A stretch of DNA of 56,250 nucleotides, filler included, from Syncephalis fuscata S228 (lineage: Eukaryota; Fungi; Zoopagomycota): the NCBI GenBank assembly GCA_025786725.1. It is 3 parts of 3 records of this genome, joined end to end, with 100 filler letters (N's around TTAATTAATTAA, not from the genome) between each part and the next. Parts side by side here need not be neighbours in the genome. Positions count along the whole stretch, not along the records: positions 43,480 to 56,250 come from JAHLTZ010000259.1; 2 more parts are not named here. One strand, written 5' to 3'. The notes beneath the pieces were generated by a model. It worked only from the letters and a program-made list of their open reading frames with translations. It had not been told where the DNA came from and did not search any database. Numbering within the stretch: position 1 is the stretch's first letter; each line of letters starts with the position of its first letter. Positions 51,746 through 56,250 of the stretch are shown here, piece by piece. The position numbers and the translations under genes are program-made.

Positions 51746-53461
51746 ATGCCTCACCACCACTCCAACGAAGATATCCACGAGTCGCTGCACAAAGATGCCG
51801 GCATTGATTACAGCAAGCCAATTCGCTGGAACCTGTCAATCCCAGAATTGTACGAAGATGCCCTTCACTTTGAAAAAGGTACATTCGTGTCGTCTGCAGG
51901 TGCTTTGATTACCGATTCAGGCGCGAAAAAGGGCCGTTCTCCTCTTGACAAACGTATTGTCGACGAGGAAACAAGCCGTGACGACATCTGGTGGGGCCCC
52001 GTCAACTACAAGCTTACCGAACACGTATTCCGTATTAATCACGAACGTGCTGTCGATTATCTTAATACACGCGATCGTCTCTACGTATTTGACGGTTTTG
52101 CCGGATGGGACCCAAAATACCGCATTAAGGTGCGCATTGTATGTGCCCGTGCCTATCATGGTAAGTGATTATTGCAAACTGATAATTTACGCTGTAAATC
52201 CCGTGAATTTTAATTGATCAACTAATTAACTAAATTTTATTTATTTATTACTTTTATAGCTTTGTTTATGCGCAATATGCTTATTCGCCCAACACCCGAG
52301 GAATACGAAGACTGGGGTCATCCTGACTTTACCGTGCTTAATGCCGGTCAATTCCCTGCCAATCGTTACACTTCCGGCATGACATCTACCACCTCGGTCG
52401 ATGTTAACTTCAAGTCTCGGGAAATGGTCATTCTTGGTACCGAATACGCCGGTGAAATGAAGAAAGGTATCTTTACCGTTATGCACTACTTGATGCCAAA
52501 GGCTGGCGTGTTGTCACTTCACTCGTCTGCCAACGAAGGCCCCGACGGTGACGTAACTCTTTTCTTCGGTCTATCCGGTACTGGCAAGACCACACTATCA
52601 GCTGATCCAAAACGCCAGCTTATTGGTGACGATGAGCACTGCTGGAGCGATGACGGTGTTTTCAACATCGAAGGTGGCTGCTACGCCAAAACTATTGGCT
52701 TGTCGGGTGAAAAAGAGCCAGAAATCTTTAACGCCATCCGATTCGGCGCTGTACTTGAAAATGTCGTCTTTGACTCCGAGTCGCGTGTCGTTGATTACGA
52801 TGACAACTCGCTTACTGAAAACACACGCTGTGCTTACCCAATCGAGTATATTCCAAATGCCAAGGTCCCTTGCATTGGTGGTCATCCTCAAAACATTATC
52901 CTCCTTACTTGCGACGCCTTTGGTGTGTTGCCACCTGTATCTAAACTAACATCGGCCCAAGCTATGTACCACTTTATCTCTGGATACACTGCCAAGATCG
53001 CCGGTACCGAAGAAGGTGTAACAGAGCCACAAGCTACCTTCTCCGCTTGCTTCGGTCAGCCATTCTTGGTCTGGCACCCTGTCAAATATGCTCATATGCT
53101 GGCTGAGCGCATGGAGCACCATAAGGCCAACGCCTGGCTTATTAACACCGGCTGGAATGGCGGTGCCTATGGTGTTGGCAAGCGTATTTCGCTTAAATAC
53201 TCGCGCGCCATCATCGATGCCATCCACAACGGTGAATTGGCCAAGGCTGACTACGAAAACTACCCCATCTTCAACCTGCAAATCCCCACCACAGTCACTG
53301 GCGTGCCTTCCGAAGTACTTCACCCAGCCAAGTCATGGGGCGGCAGTGCCGAGGAATACACTGGTACCTCCAAAAAGTTGGCCAAGCTCTTTAACGAGAA
53401 CTTTGAGCAATACGCCGACCAAGCTACCGACGCCATTCGTAATGCTGGCCCAGAGGCTTAA
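51746..53461 (+). CDS. PCK1: Phosphoenolpyruvate carboxykinase (ATP) (exons 51746-52160, 52260-53461)
   Basis: [50 protein letters not shown]. Confidence 0.98.
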
Positions 53462-54436
53462 AATCATTAGATTCTGCAACTCTCTCGGGCTGCCACGGAT
53501 AGTGCGCGTCTGTTTACATATTACTTTGCGATTAAGCATTTTTTGTTGTTTCCTCATCCAAATCTTAACCAACCAACTACATCCCCCCCACTTGCTGAAC
53601 AGATCTCTTTGTTTATGGTCTAATAAATAGGAGTTGATAAGAATATATAGTTTATAAATTAAGTTTATTAATCAAACAATTTATTAATAACTAACCAACC
53701 AGGTATTATTATTATTATTATTACTATTGCTGATTTATTAGTCAATTATGCAATAATCCGATAATAGTACTGTTATATCAAATAAACATGTTGAAATTAA
53801 TAATAATAAAAAACGTTTAAGCAATTAAGCTGAACAAGCAACCTTTTGATAAGATTAGATGTGGATAAAATATAAATATATGTATTATCATTGTGGTTAT
53901 TCATATATAATATGTTGTTCAGCTATATGCTTTATTTTTAAGCACACTAACATAGCAATATAATTACAACATCAGGACAGTAACACTGATGTGGATACAA
54001 ATAAATACAATAGACTGTATTGTCAACAAATATGGTCACAATCTCTACATATTAAATTATTATGTGAATGACCATATTGCAGCAACAAGCTAATTTATGT
54101 TAATAGCCAATACATTGCATTTATGTCTATCTAATGTTGATGGGCAACATAGATAGTATTTATCATTTGTTGAATATAAGGCAGCAAAAATACATATAAA
54201 AATAATTACACTAGATTGAAATGAAACCATATGTTTATTACTACAGATTTGCATAGCTGAATAGACGCATCTAAATGCGGAGTGCTAGTAAAATAATAAA
54301 ACCATTGATCAAAGATGGATAAACCGGAACATTGGCTAGAACTTTGTATAAAAATAGACTAGATGGCAGTTGTCAAATGGTTTTGATTTTTGCCAAATGT
54401 ATACCTAATGCATGTTGAACTAGCAGTTTAGTTGCA

Positions 54437-54664
54437 CTACCAATGCTCATTTCTTGGAAATTTAAGGCTTTTTTGGTAATTCAAGGTGACGAAATTCCTT
54501 AGTAGGCTGGTGTTTAGGAGATGCTTGAGAGGAGGAGATTCTTGAAGCCGAGTAAGCGCACCAAAATCGACGCGGCGAGTTAGAACTGGTTTAGCATCCA
54601 CCATCGATGTATTGATTACAAAAGCCACGACGAGGGTATAGACGGCAGCGATAGAAAGCTTTAT
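54437..54664 (-). pseudogene. Probable decayed small secreted-protein gene (start reads ATA)
   Basis: ACC-ATA-AAG-CTT-TCT gives (M)KLSIAAVYTLVVAFVINTSMVDA-KPVLTRR, a signal peptide plus dibasic site, with no upstream ATG. Confidence 0.45.
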
Positions 54665-56250
54665 GGTGATGTTGATTTGTTGCAGCAAACGAGCAGAGCA
54701 GAAAATATAATGATCTAATATAGAGTAAGTAATAGTGAGTATTTGGTAAAACTAGAGTATGATGTTGATATCGCTAGTCAGCTGTGTATATTTTGTGGGC
54801 TATTTAAGCAGATGGCTATACTGAATACCAATGCTGTAACGAGTCTTTTATGATCTAGGCCATAGTTCATGACTTATACAAAAGGCGAGATTTGTCCATT
54901 GCATGTACAAGGTTACCGTGTAGAGCTAATGGCCCTATAAGCCCTCTGTACTAGCTGCACTTATTATAGTACAGTGAAAGGCATAGGTCTGATGTTACAT
55001 TTGTTTTCTGTTTCTCGCTCTAACAGAACTTGCCATTTAATTCTTTTATCCAAGTTCTTTTTGCAATTTTTAAACACCAGGCCTTTGTTGGTAGGCCAAT
55101 ATCCTGAATCGCGCATCTATGAAAGGGAACTTGTTTCTACTCCTCTAATAAACATGCATACTTATCATTTGACTCGATTATTGATGATTGCTTGGTTAGT
55201 GACAATTGCCGGCACAATGTTGAAACTGTTGCGGCACATATTAATAACAATATAGAATATTTCTTCATACAGTTAATAAACATCATTATTCATACCCGCA
55301 CAACTAGGCCACTTTTGTAAAAATATATTTGATTTTAATTTGTACCCATTTGGCTTGTTCAAATATGCTATACTGCACGAACTACACCATTGATGTGAAA
55401 TGGAAACCAATAACAATACGTTCACATGGTGGCAATAAGTGCAGGTATTTTAATAGATCGATAACGCGCTAGTACTCGGTCTAGACTTGCATCCAACTGT
55501 TCGACAATTAAGCTAATGATGCGGCAATAGCAACAATCCGGCATATGTGCAATAGTAATTTATCTAACAATCTGCGTTACCGTGTCAAACAGCTCGCCTA
55601 TGCAGCGCAAACTGGATTTACTGGTGCTATGAAGCCAGTGACAATGCATAACTAGACCTTGTTGCTGCTTTACCCAAAAACTCAAGTACAATTTAGAATA
55701 CATGCAAATTGCTTTTTAAAATTCATTGCTATCACCCATTATTGACTGTCGCATAATGATGTTTTTTGTAATAAAGCACTAAACTTGTTTATTGGTGTTA
55801 TTGATTGCTGGGTCATCAAGTAGTATGAGCATTGTTTTATTTTATGGCAAATAGTATTTATGTAGTAAATTGCATGATTACTTAGTAGGTTTCTTGTAAA
55901 ACACCTGAGACATTTATAATAGTATCAAGCAATTGTGTCGATCATTAGGAGTAAATTAGACCAGGCATTCTACTGCATGTTTATTTGTAAATAAATAATG
56001 TCATGCGTGAATAAATAAGGTAATACCGTATTAATTAGTTAATTATTGCTATTACATTTAGTTATGCTAATAAAAAATCAATTTATTAAACCGCTCTAGC
56101 TAAATAGTAACAGTATAAATAACATATCATATGACAATTACAAACATGTGCGTAAAGATGTAAAAAATAGATATTTTTATTTCTTAGAAAAGAGCTATTC
56201 AGTTATACAGTTATTTTCATTTAAATTAAATTAACGTTAAAAATATAGAT

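Noticed and set aside
54780-55700. Possible decayed gene or transposase
   Set aside because: Mildly GC-richer but no motif I can support in any frame.

Overview
AT-rich, intron-dense eukaryotic DNA from an early-diverging fungus. Zoopagomycota (Syncephalis-like) is my inference, not proven. The window is three contigs joined by artificial 100-bp N44-TTAATTAATTAA-N44 linkers (12269-12368, 43380-43479). Contig 1 is a nest of Ty3/gypsy LTR retrotransposons: element A inside element B inside a relic related to A. A and B are both tRNAiMet-primed and carry the same -1 frameshift architecture. Contig 2 holds synaptobrevin, gephyrin/CnxE (Moco biosynthesis) between 912-bp apparently identical inverted repeats, a secreted ricin-B-like protein, STE11, MED1, eEF1B-gamma with an intronic snR38, two tandem secreted kinase-like (probably pseudokinase) genes, VPS60, an ANKRD40-like gene and TPS2. 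Contig 3 holds an snR191/U19-type H/ACA snoRNA in a probably non-coding host intron, TAF11, and PCK1 with a 140-codon in-frame presequence-like extension. The best candidates for something new are the inverted-repeat-bounded gephyrin cassette with a structured leader intron, the secreted pseudokinase pair, and possible dual targeting of PEPCK. All calls were made by eye; no searches were run.
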